NCBI GenBank assembly: GCA_024655945.1
Contig: JANLFK010000004.1
Location: 545 to 64,544 of the forward strand
Reading direction: 5' to 3'
Origin: Candidatus Zhuqueibacterota bacterium
GTDB taxonomy: Bacteria; Zhuqueibacterota; Zhuqueibacteria; JANLFK01; Oleimicrobiaceae
DNA length: 64,000 bases
Position 1 is the first letter of the stretch, and the number at the start of each line of letters is the position of its first letter. Under the pieces are notes generated by a model. It was not told where the DNA came from, ran no database searches, and saw nothing but the letters and a program-made list of their open reading frames with translations. Made by a program: the position numbers and the translations under genes. This document shows, in pieces, positions 50,252 to 61,127 of this stretch.

Positions 50252-51168
50252 ATGAGACTTGCGCAAACGTCTTTCTGGAGGAATTATCTTCCCACCATCG
50301 TCTTGCTGTTTGTTCTCCTGGCCTTGTTCATTGGGCTCTTGCCCAGCGACAAGCTGCGCAGTGAGAACTTGCCAACGCTGAATGTTGGTCATGGCAGCTT
50401 CTTGGTCGTCATTGGCCTGTTGGCTGGTTTGCTTGGCGGTTTGATTGGTACCGGCGGCTGCAGCGTGATGTTTTGCCAGCCATTCATTTCTGGTTGGGTT
50501 ATCTAGCCACCACTGCAGTTGGCACCACGCTCTTTGCCGTGGTTCTTACCGCCATCTCTGGCGGCTACGGCCATCTCATCCGCAAGAACCTGGATGTGCG
50601 AGCCACGCTGTGGGTTGGCATTTCCGGTATCGTCGGTGTCATCATTGGTTCCTACCTCTTCAAACTGCTCACGGCACGCACGGCGCTGCTGGGATTGATC
50701 TTGGGATTGGCGTTTCTTTGGCCTGCCATCCGCATGATCTGGGAAGGGCTGTTGCAGACCAAGAAGCCTCAGGCCATGGGTGAGTCGATTCCTGGGCCCA
50801 CATGGGGTTGGGTGATCATGGGACTGCTCATTGGCATCTTGACGGGCGTGGTCGGCTTGGGCGGAGGTTATGCGTTGGTGCCTGGTTTCATCTACTTGTT
50901 TGGTGCGCCGGTCTACGTCACCATGGGCACGTCGCTGGCAACCATGATCCCGCTTGCTGTGGTGGGTGGCGGAATCAAACTGCTACAGGGATTCGTGGCG
51001 CTGGGGGCGGGTTTGCTCTTGGCTATTGGGACCGTCATCGGCGCCCAAATAGGTGCTGCCATCATCAAGAAATTCAAGCCGACCAGATTGAAATTCATCT
51101 TCGGCCTGTATTTCCTCTATGTATCCGTGAAATTTGTCACGGCGTTTTTGGGGGTAACAATCTGGTAG
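50252..51168 (+). pseudogene. TauE/SafE sulfite-exporter family, frameshifted near 50470
   Basis: GGLIGTGGCSVM|(L)PAIHF split by an extra TT; AVGTTL, GVVGLGGG..LVP, GTSL. Confidence 0.8.
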
Positions 51169-51534
51169 CCCGTGAAATGATCTTGCCATCTCCTTAGGCG
51201 AGCGGCTGAAGGAGCGAGCGCTGGTACCGCCGCGAGCCCTTGGATGACAGAAGTCATCGCGCCGTGTGCCCCACCGGGATGGCAGGGTGGGGGTGGGTTG
51301 CCGTGTGTGTGTGGGCGCGATAGCAACCGTCACCACCTGGAGCTCCAAGGCTATTTGGGCATATTTGGCGGGGCCTGCGCGGCGCTCTAACCTTTGGCGA
51401 GCATGGGCGTCAGCCGCAGGAAAGGGCAGAGCATCACGTTCCCCTGCTTCGGGCAGCGGCTCGGGCCAGCCGGTCCGGTGCGTCGTGACGAGACTTCTTC
51501 CCAAGAGGCCAAACAACAGAATGAGGAGAAGAAC

Positions 51535-52320
51535 ATGGAACAGCGAATCTCTATCAGGATGTCAGCACTGCTGTTGGTTGTCACTTCTGCTCTGATGGTC
51601 TGCGAGGCTGCTCCCCTTTTGGCACACACCAGCCAGCCCGCCAAGGCCTCGGCGGAACTGCAACAATTCGATACCGTGGTCCTGGAAACCCGTCAGCAAA
51701 TGCGACAGTACTGCGCGCTCGTCTAGGAATTGATTAAACAGGCGGATGCCCAAAAGCAAGCGGCTGGACTGCAGCACATCCGCCAATCCATGGTTCTGTG
51801 GGAAAAAGTCCGGCAGAATTTTCAGAACAACCCGCCGGAAGAATACCGCCAGGATGAAAAATTCAGTTCGCGCCTCCTTGACATCTATCAGGGCATGCAG
51901 AACATGGAAAGACAACTTGCAGATGGCGACTTCAACGAAGCCCTGCAAACTTGCAGTAAGACCTGCGGTTTGTTTGTCAGGATGCATGAAGAGAATGGAT
52001 TGATCTGCGCCGCAGACCGATTGTTCCACCTGCGGAAACAGGCGAAGAAGATGGTCGATGAGGCGCAACAATCCGATATTGAGCCGCTCAAGGAGATGAT
52101 CGGCGAGCTGCTGAAGCTGCGGGACAACGTTTTATGCGCTCCTTGCCCTGCGCCGGAAGACTCTCTGCGCTGCCAAAACTATCGAGAGGCTCTCAAGACT
52201 CTCTCCGCCCAGATCGACGAACTGACGATCCAATTGGTGAACGGAAAGCACATAGAAGCCCAGGCGGCACTCAAGAGTCTGCTTGCGGCTATCAATCTTG
52301 CCTACGGGATTGCCTTGTAG
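51535..52320 (+). pseudogene. Secreted helical Cys-containing protein interrupted by an in-frame TAG (51724)
   Basis: RBS GAGGAG, signal peptide; same frame continues after the TAG; CSKTCGLFVRMH and CAPCP. Confidence 0.6.
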
Positions 52321-52422
52321 GTCACGAGCAAAGCCTCAGACTTTGGGAGAATCAGAATGGCACTCTCGCGTACGCAAATCCTGCAAGAGAAAGGTCGCCT
52401 CGGCTCACTGTATGGGCATTTC

Positions 52423-53715
52423 ATGAAGCAAGTTAAGCTTGCTCTGTTCATCTGCGCCTTCTTTCCTGGGCTGCTGCGCGCCCAGGGGGTGGCGCAAGAT
52501 ACCGTCGCCCTCTCCCTGTCGGCCGCGCTGAAGGAAGCATTGTCCAACAATGAACTGCTGAAAAAATCCGCGGCGCGCACCAAAGCGGGTCAAGCATCGC
52601 TGCAGCAGGCCGAGGGCGAGTTGCTGCCGAAAGTGGATGCCAACTTCAGTTATGGCTATCTGGATATTGTGCCGGGCTTTAAAAGAGTCGTGCTCGGCAA
52701 CATCGAACACGACCTGTTTCCGAATATCGCCGTCAGCCAACCGCTGTACACCGGCGGCAGATTGAAACATGCCAAACAGGCTGCTGCGGCCGAGGTGCAG
52801 TCGCTGGAGCAGGCGTTTCTCTCGGATCAATTGAATTTGAAATTGGCGGTTACCCTCGATTATTACCAGCTGCAGTCGCTAAGAAACCAGCGGCAGATTT
52901 TGCTGGAAAACCGAAGGCAGTTGGAGGTGCAACAGCGCTACGCCCGCCTGCTGGTGGAGGCCGGGCCCATGTCCCAACTGGAGCTGGACCGTATTGGGGT
53001 TGCGGTTGCCACCACCGACGGCAATTTGCTCAAAATTCAGGACGATTATCAGGCGGTGTCGTATGAACTCTGCCTGCTGTTGGGAAGAGAGCGCTCCCAG
53101 CTTCCTCTGCCGCAGGATTCTCTGCAGGTGATTCCGTTTGAACAGAGCTTCGAAGCATTGGTGCCGACGGCGCTGGAACGGAATCCGATCTGGAAACAAT
53201 TAGAGTACGATCTGCGCAAGGCTGAGGCAAAGGTCAAGGTCCAGCAAGCGGCTCGTCTGCCACAGATTTCAGCGCAAGCATATTGCGGGTATGAATTTGG
53301 CTTGGAGTCCTTTTGGTTCGATCGGAATAAACGCAATTTTTGGGGATTGAACGCGAAGATGCCGCTCTACGAAGGCAACGTGATTGGGGCGAAGATCGAC
53401 GAGGCCAGAGCCAATCTGGAGCAGATCCAATGGCAGAGGGAATACTTCAGGAAGAATCTGGCCACGCAGGTGCAGAACAGCTATGCCCGGCTGAAAGAAA
53501 AAGAGCAGCAGCTCGCCATCCAGCAGCAGGCTGTGGAACTGGCGCGGCAGAGTTATCGGCTGGCTATGATCGAATACCATGCGGGAAGGCGCTCCAATAC
53601 CGGTCTGCTGGATATTCAGAAGAGTCTGCTGAATGCTCAGCTGACCCTGAATCAGGCAGCACTGGACTACGCCATTGCTCGCGTCCGCCTACTGGCGGTG
53701 ATGGGGATTTTGTGA
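52423..53715 (+). CDS. TolC-family outer membrane efflux protein
   Basis: LSLSAAL..AL.NN, LPKV, QPLYTGG, RLPQI, MPLYEG, Y.AG...LLD.Q. Confidence 0.88.
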   Translation: MKQVKLALFICAFFPGLLRAQGVAQDTVALSLSAALKEALSNNELLKKSAARTKAGQASLQQAEGELLPKVDANFSYGYLDIVPGFKRVVLGNIEHDLFPNIAVSQPLYTGGRLKHAKQAAAAEVQSLEQAFLSDQLNLKLAVTLDYYQLQSLRNQRQILLENRRQLEVQQRYARLLVEAGPMSQLELDRIGVAVATTDGNLLKIQDDYQAVSYELCLLLGRERSQLPLPQDSLQVIPFEQSFEALVPTALERNPIWKQLEYDLRKAEAKVKVQQAARLPQISAQAYCGYEFGLESFWFDRNKRNFWGLNAKMPLYEGNVIGAKIDEARANLEQIQWQREYFRKNLATQVQNSYARLKEKEQQLAIQQQAVELARQSYRLAMIEYHAGRRSNTGLLDIQKSLLNAQLTLNQAALDYAIARVRLLAVMGIL

Positions 53716-54011
53716 GCGTGTCGACGGCGAAACCAGGTGAAATGGAAATGCCTCGGCCGGGCGACTCTCGTGGCGGTGTCGAACAGCGCCCGGTGGAGAT
53801 GGGTTTCTCGGGGCGTGATGGGCAGCGAGTGGAAGCGCCCTTGCACAATAGGAATTGGAAAACGGAGTGTTCCATGCCAATGGCAACCCCGGTTCTACGG
53901 TCAAGATGTCAAGACAGAAGGGGACTTGCCGAATACCGGGGCATGTTGTTCGCAGCCGCCTGCAACGGGGAAAAGGCTGCTATCTTCTCCACTTAATCTG
54001 GAGGTCCAGTC

Positions 54012-54305
54012 ATGATGGTTTTTGACTTGAATACCTTGAAAGCCTATCCCTACAAAGAGCGGGATAAGAACGTATTCTTTCGCGCGCCGGAATTCAAGGC
54101 CCGGATCATCGAATTACCTGCAGGTGGCGAAATGCAATCGTATGTCGTATTCTTGGTCATTCGAGGGTCGGCAGAGGCGATGGTCAATCAAGAAGAAACG
54201 CAGCTCGAGGCGGGTCAGTGCCTGAGCACCGGACCGGCTACACTCTCGCTCAAGTCGGACGGAGGCGTGCGCATTCTGGGGCTCCAAGTGAGCAAGCGGA
54301 TCTGA
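54012..54305 (+). CDS. Cupin-fold small protein (possibly with a deletion at the metal motif)
   Basis: IIELPAGGEM, VFLVIRGSA...VN, L.AGQCL; RBS GGAGG. Confidence 0.6.
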   Translation: MMVFDLNTLKAYPYKERDKNVFFRAPEFKARIIELPAGGEMQSYVVFLVIRGSAEAMVNQEETQLEAGQCLSTGPATLSLKSDGGVRILGLQVSKRI

Positions 54306-54345
54306 CATGTAGTAGACCTTTGACGTCACATGAGGGAGAGCAGAG

Positions 54346-55365
54346 ATGAACAAGACAGCAACTTTCTTCTTCGCATTGCTTCTGTTGGCGTGGGGTCTGT
54401 CTGGGTGCGGGTCAAAGCAGGACAACACCGGAGAGGCCAAGAAGACAGAAGCAAAGTTGATAAAGGTGCAGCCTGTGGGCAGGCATAGATTGGTGGAAAG
54501 GCTCCAGCTGCCGGCAACCCTGCGCGCCGAGAATGTCGCCAACATCCTGTCTACCTCTGAGGGCAAAATCTCCCAGCTGCTGGTGCGTGAGGGAGATCGA
54601 GTAGAGGCCGACGCTGTTGTCGCCACGATCAGCCCGCTGGTGCGCGAAGACATAATCAATTCCGCGCGCCTCTGGGTCGAGGCCAAAAAGGGGACACTGA
54701 GCAATGACCCACACAACCCGGTTCTGCAGAGAGAATACGAACAGGCCCGGCAAGACTATCAATTCGCCTTGCAGCAGTACAAAGAGATCCACATTACCTC
54801 TCCCATCGCAGGCGTGGTGTCGCGGCGATGGGTTGACGTAGGCGACATGGTGCAGGCTAAGGTGAAGCTGTTCGAGATTCAGAGTAGTGGAAAACTGCTG
54901 GCGGAAGTGCCAGTTTCAGAACTGGACATTGGTAAACTGCGCCTTGGTCAGACGGGTGACATTTTCGCGGACGCCTGCCCATCAAAGCAATTCACAGGCG
55001 TCGTACAACGCATCTACCGGCAGGCCGAGGCAAAGACCAGGAACGGAATAGTAGAGATGCGGGTTATCGACCCCTGCCCGAATCTCAAGCCTGGCATGTT
55101 TGTCAGGGTCACTTTCGTGACGCGCACCCTGGAGAACGCTGTGGCGATTCCGAGCCAGGCGGTAATTGAACGTCCGCAGAAACAAACCTGCTTTGTGGTG
55201 GAGGAAAGCAAGGCGAAGGAAGTGGTGCTGCGAACCGGCCTCGAGGTGGAAGGCTGGGTAGAGGTCCTCGAAGGACCTGCGCCGGGGGATATGCTTGTGG
55301 TCGAGGGCCAGGAGCAGTTGAAAAGCGGTAGTGCGGTGAAGGTCCAGGCCCCGCTGGTAAGGTGA
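54346..55365 (+). CDS. RND efflux periplasmic adaptor (MFP) lipoprotein
   Basis: Lipobox LSGC; V.EGD.V, ITSPIAGVV..R.VDVGD.V, LKPGMFVRV. Confidence 0.9.
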   Translation: MNKTATFFFALLLLAWGLSGCGSKQDNTGEAKKTEAKLIKVQPVGRHRLVERLQLPATLRAENVANILSTSEGKISQLLVREGDRVEADAVVATISPLVREDIINSARLWVEAKKGTLSNDPHNPVLQREYEQARQDYQFALQQYKEIHITSPIAGVVSRRWVDVGDMVQAKVKLFEIQSSGKLLAEVPVSELDIGKLRLGQTGDIFADACPSKQFTGVVQRIYRQAEAKTRNGIVEMRVIDPCPNLKPGMFVRVTFVTRTLENAVAIPSQAVIERPQKQTCFVVEESKAKEVVLRTGLEVEGWVEVLEGPAPGDMLVVEGQEQLKSGSAVKVQAPLVR

Positions 55366-55387
55366 GCGGCCAGGCAGGAGAGAGACG

Positions 55388-58193
55388 ATGAAGCTTACTA
55401 CGATTTCCATTCGCCGGCCCGTGGCCACGCTGGTGCTGATGGCAACCGCCGTGGTCCTCGGCATCTATGGTTATTTTCAATTGCCGACCGACTTTCTGCC
55501 GGATATCACCTACCCTATGATCAAAGTGTACGTCTACTGGCGCGGGGCTACACCGGAGGAAATCAACGACAACATCGCGGAGCCGATTGAAAGAACCTTA
55601 GCCACGGTGGACAATCTCGATTATCTCGAAGGCTCGTGCATCGAAGGCATGTACCAACTGCTCGTGAATTTTGAGTTCGGCACCGATGTGGATGTGGCGT
55701 ATCAGGACGTGGTGGCCAAAATGGGTCTGGCGACCCGCAAGCTGCCGCCGGATGTGGATCCGCCCATCATGTTCAAAGCCGATCCCTCGCAACTGCCGGT
55801 GGTGCAACTCATCGTCATGTCCGACGGTCGGGATCTGGTCAAGCTGCGCACCTGGGTGGAAAATGTGCTGCAGGATCAATTTTTAGCAGTGAAAGGCGTG
55901 GCTGGAACCGAGATCGTGGGTGGTCTAAGACGGGAAATTCGCGTTCATCTCGACGCAGAACGGTTGGCAGCATACGATTTAACATTAAACCAAGTCATCA
56001 AACGCTTCCAGGAGGAAAACATCGAGCGGCTCGCGGGTCGGGTGACCGAAGGCGGAAGGGAATTTATTCTGCGTACCAATGCTGAGTTCCGCAACCTGGA
56101 CGATATCCGCAACGTGGTCGTGCTTAACGACGGAAAATCCATGGTGCGGCTGAAGGATCTGGCAACGGTCGAAGACAGCCATGAAGAGCAGCGGGTGATT
56201 ACCCGGTTCAACGGCAAACCGGCGATTAAGGTGAATATTTTGAAACAGGCCGATGCCAATACCGTTGAGATCGCCCATCGGGTGAATGAACTGATTCGGA
56301 AGGTGGAAGATACGGTGCCGCCGGATATCAAATTCGGCACGATTGAGAATCAGGCGGATTACATCAAAGGCGCCATCGCCGGGGTGAGGGATTCAGCCAT
56401 CGTCGCCGTATTGTTGGTCATTCTGGTGATCTTTTTATTTCTCGGCCATTGGCGTCAGGTCGTGGTGATGCTGATCGCCCTGCCGATTACCATTTTGCTT
56501 AATTTTTTCCTAATGAAAATCCTCGGTTTTTCCATCAACATTTTTTCGCTGGGCGGAATGGTCGTGGCCATGGGCGTGGTGCTGGATAGTTCCATCGTGG
56601 TGATCGAAAACATCACCCGGTTGCATCTGGAAAAAGGGAGCCGAAGCGATACGGTAGCGGACACTGCCACCAGCGAAGTGGCGCTGGCCGTGGTGGCATC
56701 CACGTTGACCTTCCTTGCGCTGTTCATGCCGTTTCTGCTGATTCCGGGGCTGACCTCCCTGCTATTCAGAGAGTTGATCCTGACCATTGCCGGAATCGTG
56801 GTCGTGTCCCTGCTGGTGGCGCTCACGGTGACACCCATGCTCACCCACTATCTGGTCACCAGCAAAGGCCACCGACGGGAACGGCGCAGCATTGCCGACC
56901 GCTTCATCCAGCTCATTGACCGCATTTACCGACGCGTGCTGAACGGGTTGCTGCCGTTGCGCTGGGTGGTCTTGGCGGTTTTTGTCTTATTCATGGTAGC
57001 CGCGGTTTATCTGTTTAGACATGTCGGCAGCGAATTCTTGCCCAAAGTGGACGACGGTCGCGTGATGATCAAAGTCATCCTGCCCACCGGCACATCGGTG
57101 GCGCGCACCGATAGTCTCTTGGCCCGTCTCGAGAGCGTGGTCAAGGACGATCCTTATGTAGATCGCTATTTTACCCTGTCCGGCGGCAAGGTATGGGGAC
57201 TGGTCACCTACGAGGTCGCCAATGAGGGCGAGATCGATATTGAATTAAAAAAGTCAGCGGCCGTTTTCGACTGAACAGTACCTGGAACGCATTCGGCCGC
57301 AGGTAATGAAATTCATGCAGCCCGGCGCCCGGCTGGTGGTGGCGCAGCAAAAGATGAAAGGCATCGGCAAGGTGGGCGAATCTTACGACATCCGGGTGAT
57401 GATGCCGGAGACCAACATTCGCTCCCGGCAGGATATTGAGAATCTCTATCTCGATGCCCCGGGAAATTTGAAACTTCCGCTGCGCACCGTGGCTCAGGTG
57501 GTCCCACGGTTGGGGCCAGTGGAAATCGTACGGGAAGATCAGATGAAGCAGATCGTCGTCTCCAGCGATGTGACCGCCGGCGCCAGCGTTGGCGACATGG
57601 CCAATGCTGTTAGTGCCGCATTGTCTGAAATTCGTTTGCCAGAGGGGTATTCCTTCGATCTTGGCGGCCAGGTCTATATGATGAAAGAGAGCCAAAAGAC
57701 GATGCTGCAGATCATCCTGTTTGCCTTGTTCTTCGCCTACGTGATTCTGGCAATTCAGTTCAACTCGTTCAAACAGCCATTGCAGATCTTGCTGGGCGTG
57801 CCGTTCTCATTTGTGGGAGTCGTTGCGGCACTGTTGCTGACCGGTTTTCCTGCCGGCGCCACGGTGCTTATCGGCGTAATCATCATGACCGGCGGCATTG
57901 CCACCCAGGGCGTGGTGTTGATCTCATTTATCAATGAGTATCGTCAAAAAGGGCTGGGATTGAAAGAAGCCATTCTCGAAGCCGCGCCCTTGCGCGTGCG
58001 CCCGATTCTGATGACCCAGGCGACCACGGTGCTGGGACTGTTGCCGCTGGCGATCAACTATGGCGAAGGCGGCGACATGCTGCAACCGATGGCCATTGCG
58101 GTGATCGGCAGATTGCTGTTCTCACTGTTGGTTACGCTGCTGCTATTGCCATGTCTGTATTTTGTCTTTGAAAGGGGAGGCTCAAGGGAGTAG
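55388..58193 (+). pseudogene. RND efflux permease (AcrB/SwrC-like), frameshifted and internally deleted
   Basis: SIRRPV, GATPEE, G.V.DSSIVVIENI; frame break near 57250-57300; only ~920 aa in total, with a jump KVGE|SYDIRV; C-terminal R.RPILMT..TT.LG..PLA. Confidence 0.85.
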
Positions 58194-58346
58194 TTCCTCG
58201 CAAGGCTACAGGGGGGCGGAATGCATGGCGTCGCAAAGGGCAGGGCGCGGGTGGATGCGATGCCAGCTGCAACAGAGGGGTAGGCCCCGTGGCGTTCGTT
58301 TGCACGCTCGGTGAGCAAACAACCCGAGCGCAGCGACATTTACCTG

Positions 58347-58376
58347 TTGCAGATGTGCGGGAATTTTGTATATTTG
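58347..58376 (+). promoter_or_regulatory. Probable mgtE promoter
   Basis: TTGCAG-16-TATATT; TATATTTG also fits the Bacteroidota TAnnTTTG -7 element. Confidence 0.5.
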
Positions 58377-58666
58377 CACAACCAGGTTGACAGGGCCTCC
58401 TGGCGGAGGTCACTCCCTGGCATCGCCGCTGCCGTCGGCACCGAGGTCTGCGCCGGTGCCCCCGCCGTGGCGAGGCGATGTCGCCCAGGAGGCGCACAGT
58501 TGTGACCTTCGTGGTCCCCTTTCCAACTGAGCCCTCAGACTGTCGCAGTGCGGCAACGATGCGCCGCCGAAACAGGGGGAATGGGCGCACGGCCAAGGAT
58601 CTTGCCCGACAGTGGCCGTTGTTCATGCTGGTGTCGATGCTCCCAGGATGCCAAGCGAGGTGGCCC

Positions 58667-60013
58667 ATGCTGAAAGAGCTGCTGTTGCCGGAGATTCAGG
58701 AACTCATTGAGGCCAAGGACTGGCGTACCCTGAAAGAAGCCATCGCCGACTGGCCGGCACCGGACATTGCCGACCTCCTGGAGAGCTTGCACGAGGCCGA
58801 TCGCGTAATCCTTTTCCGCTTGCTCCCCCGGCAGCGTGCGGCCGAGGTCTTTGCCGAGTTCGAGCCGGACAAGCAGCGCCAGCTCCTGGAGCGCCTCACC
58901 AACGAGCAGGTGAAGATGCTTCTCGAAGAGGTTTCTCCGGACGACCGAACCGAGTTGTTCGAAGAACTGCCGGGAAAGGTCACGCAACAGCTCCTCAATC
59001 TCCTTTCGCCTGCGGACCGGCGCGAGGCGCTGCAACTCTTAGGCTACCCGGAGGAGAGCGTCGGCCGACTGATGACCCCTGACTATGTGGCCATCTGCTC
59101 GCACTGGAGCATCGAGCAGGCCATCAACCATATCCGACGCTACGGCAGGGACGCCGAGACGGTCAACGTCATCTACGTGGTGGACGACGACGACCACTTG
59201 TTGGATGACCTGCCCATTCGGCGCATCATCCTGGCGGAGCCCAGCCAGAGCGTCGAGTCCATCATGGACCACAAGTACGTGGCTGTCGAGGCCAGTGCCG
59301 ACCAGGAGGAGGCCATCCGGCTCATCCAGCACTATGACCTGAACGCGCTGCCGGTGGTCGACAAGGAGAATGTGCTTTTGGGTATTGTGACCGTCGACGA
59401 CGTGCTGGACGTCTTGCAGGAAGAGGTTACCGAAGATGTGCACAAAGGGGCGAGCATCGCTCCCTTGGAGACCAGCTACAACGCCGCTTCGTTTTGGAGC
59501 CTCTATCGCAAGCGCGTCGGCTGGCTCTCGCTTTTGGCGGTGGCCGGCTTTCTCTCCTCTACGGTCATTGCCATGTACGAGGAGACGCTGGCCAAGATCG
59601 TCGCCCTTGCCTTCTTCATCCCCGTGCTCATCGACAGCGGCGGCAACACCGGCTCGCAGTCGGCCACGCTCATTATTCGCGCCTTGGCGCTTGGTGAGCT
59701 CACCCCCAAGCGCTGGTTTCAGGTGGTGCGCAAAGAGCTGCTGGTGGGGTTGCTCTTGGGTGCCACTTTGGGACTGATCCTCTTTGTGTGGGGCGAGTAC
59801 TGGAAGGGGGGGGCCCAGGTGGGGGTTGTGGTCGGCCTCTCCATGGTGTGCATTATCTTCATTTCCAATCTCCTGGGGAGCCTTTTGCCCATAGTCATGA
59901 CCAAGCTGCGCCTCGATCCGGCGGTGGTCAGCGGTCCCTTGATCACCACCCTGATCGACGCGCTTGGCTTAGTTATCTACTTCACTGTGGCAAAGTGGGT
60001 GATTCGCTTCTGA
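58667..60013 (+). CDS. mgtE: Magnesium transporter MgtE
   Basis: DIAD, PDDR, LGYPEESVGRLMT, CBS pair, GGNTGSQSAT, DPAVVSGPLITTLID. Confidence 0.95.
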   Translation: MLKELLLPEIQELIEAKDWRTLKEAIADWPAPDIADLLESLHEADRVILFRLLPRQRAAEVFAEFEPDKQRQLLERLTNEQVKMLLEEVSPDDRTELFEELPGKVTQQLLNLLSPADRREALQLLGYPEESVGRLMTPDYVAICSHWSIEQAINHIRRYGRDAETVNVIYVVDDDDHLLDDLPIRRIILAEPSQSVESIMDHKYVAVEASADQEEAIRLIQHYDLNALPVVDKENVLLGIVTVDDVLDVLQEEVTEDVHKGASIAPLETSYNAASFWSLYRKRVGWLSLLAVAGFLSSTVIAMYEETLAKIVALAFFIPVLIDSGGNTGSQSATLIIRALALGELTPKRWFQVVRKELLVGLLLGATLGLILFVWGEYWKGGAQVGVVVGLSMVCIIFISNLLGSLLPIVMTKLRLDPAVVSGPLITTLIDALGLVIYFTVAKWVIRF

Positions 60014-60128
60014 GCGGGGCAGGGCTGATTCAGCAGGGGCAATGCGGCAGTGGCCCGCCGGGCACAGCCCCTGCGTGTTGCCTGGTGCGCATCAACTTGC
60101 GGGTGTAATGCCCGTGAAAGGTGGAAAG

Positions 60129-61127
60129 ATGAACCGTACGGCAAGAATAGCAGTCGTCGTTGTGTTGCTGGTGGCAGTTGGTGTGGTGCTGGTGCTGCGC
60201 GGCAGGGTGGACAAGGGGCCGCGTCAAGAGGCAACTGTGGCGGAACTGACGGCCGGAGGGAAGGAGGATCTGGGGAGTGCAGCCGAGGCGAAAGAGGCGT
60301 CACCCGGTCAAGCGTCTGCTGAGCCTGTGGCAGTGGCGCCACCTGCGGCTCTTCCCAAGGGCACTGTCGCCCTGGTGGATGGCCGGCCCATTACCGAGGA
60401 GTACCTGCGCACCACCTTCGAAAGCCTGCCGCCTCAGTACAAGCAGGAGTTTCAAGGTGACATGGAGACCTTCTTGGACCAGCTCATTGTGCGCGATCTG
60501 CTCCTCAACGAGGCCAGGCGCCGCGGGCTGACGGCAGCGGACTCCTCCGGGGGCGAGAGCCAGGACGGCACCATCCAGGCGCTGGTGAACGCCTTGGGGA
60601 GCGCCGTACAAGTGTCGGATGCCGAGGCCAGGCGCTTCTACGCCGAACACGCCGAGGAGGTGCAGGGCGCAACCTTTGAGCAGGTGGAGAGCAGTATTCG
60701 CGACTACTTGGGCCAGCAAAAGTTCGTCGCCTCTATCTCTTCACTCATTGATAGCCTTCGCTCAGCAGCGAAGATTGTCAAGAACGAGGAATGGCTGGCG
60801 GCACAGCGAGCGGCCCAGCCCCCAGACCCGCTGGAGCCTGCGCTGCGCAGTGACAAGCCGACGGTGCTTGACCTTGGCTCGGACAGCTGCGTGCCGTGCA
60901 AGATGATGAAGCCCATCTTCGCCGAGCTGGAGAAGGAGTACAAGGGGAAGGCGAACATCCTGCTCTTGGATGTGTATGAGCACCGGCGGTTAGCCCGCCA
61001 GTATCAGGTGCGAGTCATCCCCACGCAGGTGTTCTTTGACCACCAGGGGAGAGTCTTCTGGCGCCACGAAGGATTCATGTCCAAAGAGGAAATCGTCAGC
61101 AAACTGCGCGAGTTAGGAGTGGAGTAG
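60129..61127 (+). CDS. Membrane-anchored SurA/PrsA-like chaperone domain fused to a thioredoxin
   Basis: TM anchor; VALVDGRPIT, FLDQLI.RDLLL.EA..RGL, FEQV...I; C-terminal DLGSDSCVPCKMM...IPTQVFFD..G...RHEG. Confidence 0.8.
   Translation: MNRTARIAVVVVLLVAVGVVLVLRGRVDKGPRQEATVAELTAGGKEDLGSAAEAKEASPGQASAEPVAVAPPAALPKGTVALVDGRPITEEYLRTTFESLPPQYKQEFQGDMETFLDQLIVRDLLLNEARRRGLTAADSSGGESQDGTIQALVNALGSAVQVSDAEARRFYAEHAEEVQGATFEQVESSIRDYLGQQKFVASISSLIDSLRSAAKIVKNEEWLAAQRAAQPPDPLEPALRSDKPTVLDLGSDSCVPCKMMKPIFAELEKEYKGKANILLLDVYEHRRLARQYQVRVIPTQVFFDHQGRVFWRHEGFMSKEEIVSKLRELGVE

Noticed and set aside
51240..51520. Possible second DUF169-like relic (FGGACAAL...ITFPCFGQR)
   Set aside because: Similarity is too short to call without a BLASTX search.
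58184..58300. yybP-ykoY riboswitch-like AAGGGAGTAG
   Set aside because: It overlaps the RND stop codon and lacks the downstream conserved elements; the AGACCTTTGAC near 54313 likewise lacks a 5' half.
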